Part shown: piece by piece, positions 59,075-60,786 of the stretch | Position numbering within the stretch: position 1 is the first letter of the stretch | Layout of the letters: the number at the start of each line of letters is the position of its first letter | NCBI GenBank assembly: GCA_035319145.1 | Contig: DATHDH010000094.1 | Coordinates: 1-60,786 of the forward strand | DNA: 60,786 nucleotides | DNA from: Dissulfurispiraceae bacterium | Lineage (GTDB): Bacteria > Nitrospirota > Thermodesulfovibrionia > Thermodesulfovibrionales > Dissulfurispiraceae | Reading direction: 5' to 3' | Made by a program: the position numbers and the translations under genes | Notes under the pieces: generated by a model | What the model was told of the DNA's origin: nothing | The model's input: the letters and a program-made list of their open reading frames with translations, nothing else | Databases searched by the model: none

Positions 59075-59347
59075 ATGACAAAGGCTGAACTGATTGACAA
59101 AATTGCAGCGAGCGCGGGGCTGACGAAGGCTGACGCCGGCAAGGCTCTCGATGCGACGATTGATGCGGTACGGATTGCTCTGAAAAAGAGCCAGAAGGTC
59201 ACGCTTGTCGGCTTCGGGACGTTCTCCGTCTCCAAGCGCAAGGCAAGAAAGGGCCGTAATCCGAGAACCGGCGCAGAGATCAAGATTCCGGCGACGAAGG
59301 TCCCGAAGTTCACCGCCGGCAAGACCCTCAAAGATGCAGTAAAATAA
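59075..59347 (+). CDS. hup: DNA-binding protein HU
   Basis: [11 protein letters not shown]...[28 protein letters not shown]. Start at ATG 59075 after AGGGGGGA. Confidence 0.95.
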   Translation: MTKAELIDKIAASAGLTKADAGKALDATIDAVRIALKKSQKVTLVGFGTFSVSKRKARKGRNPRTGAEIKIPATKVPKFTAGKTLKDAVK

Positions 59348-59376
59348 GTCCATCATATTTTTATTCGCGAATGAAA

Positions 59377-59414
59377 GGAAGAGAGGCGTCCGAGAGGGCG
59401 CCTCTCTTCCTTTT
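59377..59414 (+). terminator. rho-independent terminator after hup
   Basis: GGAAGAGAGGCG-loop(10)-CGCCTCTCTTCC followed by TTTT. Confidence 0.8.
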
Positions 59415-59501
59415 GCGGTTGCCTTTTCCGCCGCCTTCCGGCTATTCTGAGTTAAGGAAATCTCTCTGCATGCTATGCGGAGCTCGTCTGAAGGAGGGAC
59501 T

Positions 59502-59918
59502 ATGAAGAAGACCATTTCACTTTTGATTGTTAGTGCGTTGCTTTCCGTATCGGTAGGCTGTACGCAGTATCATGCCCAGGGCGCCGGAGCGGGAGGCGTC
59601 GCGGGCGGCCTTGCCGGGGCCTTGCTGGATCACCGGAATCCATGGCGCGGCGGCGTTCTTGGTGCCGCCATCGGCGGGGCATTCGGCGCAACAATGACCG
59701 ACATTTCTATGCGCGCTTCGCAGGAGGCGGTTGCAGCAAACCGTCCGGTCGAATATCGCACCACTGACGGCAGGGGAGTTTATCGGGCTGATCCGCTGCC
59801 GGTCGACGAGCAGACGCGTTGCAAGAAGGTCCGCGAACGTGTCTGGGAAAATGATCGTTTGGTCAAAGATCAGGTCCGCGAGGTCTGTGAGGGCGAGCGG
59901 TACGAGCGGCGCTATTAG
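59502..59918 (+). CDS. lipoprotein with glycine-zipper segment
   Basis: MKKTISLLIVSALLSVSVGC lipobox and a GAGAGGVAGGLAGALL...GGVLGAAIGGAFGA Gly-zipper. SD AAGGAGG. Confidence 0.7.
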   Translation: MKKTISLLIVSALLSVSVGCTQYHAQGAGAGGVAGGLAGALLDHRNPWRGGVLGAAIGGAFGATMTDISMRASQEAVAANRPVEYRTTDGRGVYRADPLPVDEQTRCKKVRERVWENDRLVKDQVREVCEGERYERRY

Positions 59919-59941
59919 CGTCGGATAACAATTCGCTTCTT

Positions 59942-59980
59942 TCATGATGGGGGCCGGGTCAGTCCCGGCCCCCATCATGA
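59942..59980 (+). terminator. perfect 17-bp GC-rich hairpin (terminator-like, no clear U tract)
   Basis: TCATGATGGGGGCCGGG-TCAGT-CCCGGCCCCCATCATGA. Confidence 0.45.
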
Positions 59981-59999
59981 TCATGGAGTATGAAATAAT

Positions 60000-60786
60000 A
60001 TGTCTCAGGAATCGGCATACGATTGCGTCATTATCGGTGCGAGCCCCGGCGGCCTGCAGGCGGCCGTTTATCTCTGCCGGTATAATCGCAGGGTTCTTGT
60101 TATCGATCGCGGCGGCGGCAGAACGACCATGGCGAAGCACATTGAAAATTATCTGGGTCAAACGATGATATCGGGTCGTGAGCTGATTGATCGGGGAATC
60201 GCTCAGGTGCGCCGCTTCGGCGGCGAAGTTATAAAAGGGACGGTAACATCGATTGCAAAGTCAGGGGGCATTTTCTCCGTGGATGCAACGTCCGGAAACT
60301 GTTCGGCCCCTTTTGCCGTAGCGGCCAGCGGCGGCCGGGATGTCCTTCCGAAGATATCGAACCTCTGGCAATTTTTCGGGAGCGGATTTTTCACCTGTGT
60401 CGACTGCGACGGCTACGCAACGATCAACAGAAAGCTTTTGGTGCTCGGTAATTCCGACGCTGCGGTTCGGCTCGCCCTGGCGGTTCGTGACATGTATACG
60501 CCGCATGTGACTCTTCTGATGACCGGATATCTGCCTCCTGCTCCATCATTGGAAGCTCTCTCGGATGCGGCCATCCGTTTTGAGAGCGGGGTGCCGAAGC
60601 ATATTGCGGGACAAGGACATATCGAAGGATTGGGACTCGATGACGGGCGTGTTCTTGCGTGTGACGCAATCCTTTCCAATTACGGCTTTGAGGCGAATGT
60701 TGCGTATTTGCAGGAACTCGATCCAAAAAAAGATGCCCATGGGAGATCGTTTGTCGTGAATCATCACAATGAGTCGTCGGTAGGCG
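60000..60786 (+). CDS. FAD/NAD(P)-dependent oxidoreductase, thioredoxin-reductase-like; partial, runs off the window
   Basis: Own translation gives MSQESAYDCVIIGASPGGLQAAVYLCRYNRRVLVIDRG... (FAD GxGxxG) and a redox CxxC (FTCVDCDG). The frame is open to the window end, so it is absent from the ORF track. Confidence 0.8.
   Translation, partial: MSQESAYDCVIIGASPGGLQAAVYLCRYNRRVLVIDRGGGRTTMAKHIENYLGQTMISGRELIDRGIAQVRRFGGEVIKGTVTSIAKSGGIFSVDATSGNCSAPFAVAASGGRDVLPKISNLWQFFGSGFFTCVDCDGYATINRKLLVLGNSDAAVRLALAVRDMYTPHVTLLMTGYLPPAPSLEALSDAAIRFESGVPKHIAGQGHIEGLGLDDGRVLACDAILSNYGFEANVAYLQELDPKKDAHGRSFVVNHHNESSVG

Noticed and set aside
1-60786. A scan for tRNA, rRNA, tmRNA, RNase P RNA, transposases, integrases, phage genes and toxin-antitoxin pairs.
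   Set aside because: None were recognised by eye in intergenic regions or ORF translations. A tRNAscan, Infernal or ISfinder run would be needed to exclude small or degenerate elements.

Overview
This is a 60,786-bp chromosomal window from a diderm bacterium, judged from TolC-type outer-membrane factors and lipobox lipoproteins. It holds mostly core genes, a very large drug-efflux block and a NAD-linked [NiFe]-hydrogenase operon.

Left 34 kb: 26 consecutive minus-strand genes.
- DNA polymerase I split into a 5'-3' exonuclease ORF and a Klenow-like ORF.
- Pirin.
- An orphan transglutaminase-like/HET-C-like fusion protein.
- Two back-to-back composite efflux operons: TetR-OMF-MFP-RND-metallophosphoesterase-EmrA-EmrB, and MFP-RND-OMF-MacA-MacB(ATPase)-MacB(permease).
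- mtgA, typA, pilD, recG, nusA, rimP.
- A 76-aa (APKAPE)n repeat lipoprotein.
- An ABC-2 exporter.

Right 27 kb:
- DUF502, then a 664-nt ORF-free AT-rich and structured leader, then hoxEFUYH (group 3d-type hydrogenase).
- A ferritin-like hypothetical, a TRIC-type channel, a VOC protein, a large CelD-like GNAT protein, and a displaced hoxW protease.
- tig-clpP-clpX, a DUF721 protein, rpmB, infB-rbfA-nrnA.
- An orphan 2-oxoacid:ferredoxin oxidoreductase alpha subunit.
- mutL, murA, rel, hup, a Gly-zipper lipoprotein, and a partial thioredoxin-reductase-like gene.

I recognised no rRNA, tRNA, CRISPR array, transposase, integrase or phage gene. I also see no convincing new multi-gene system. The best leads are:
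- A duplicated 20-nt operator/promoter module tying both efflux operons to one TetR.
- The two-pumps-one-OMF operon design.
- The TGase/HET-C fusion protein.
- A possible Lpp-like repeat lipoprotein.
- Four putative leaderless genes in two ~34-nt divergent spacers.
- The polA split at a G5 run.
- The long structured hox leader.

All functional calls come from reading the translated ORFs and motifs by eye. No database search was run.
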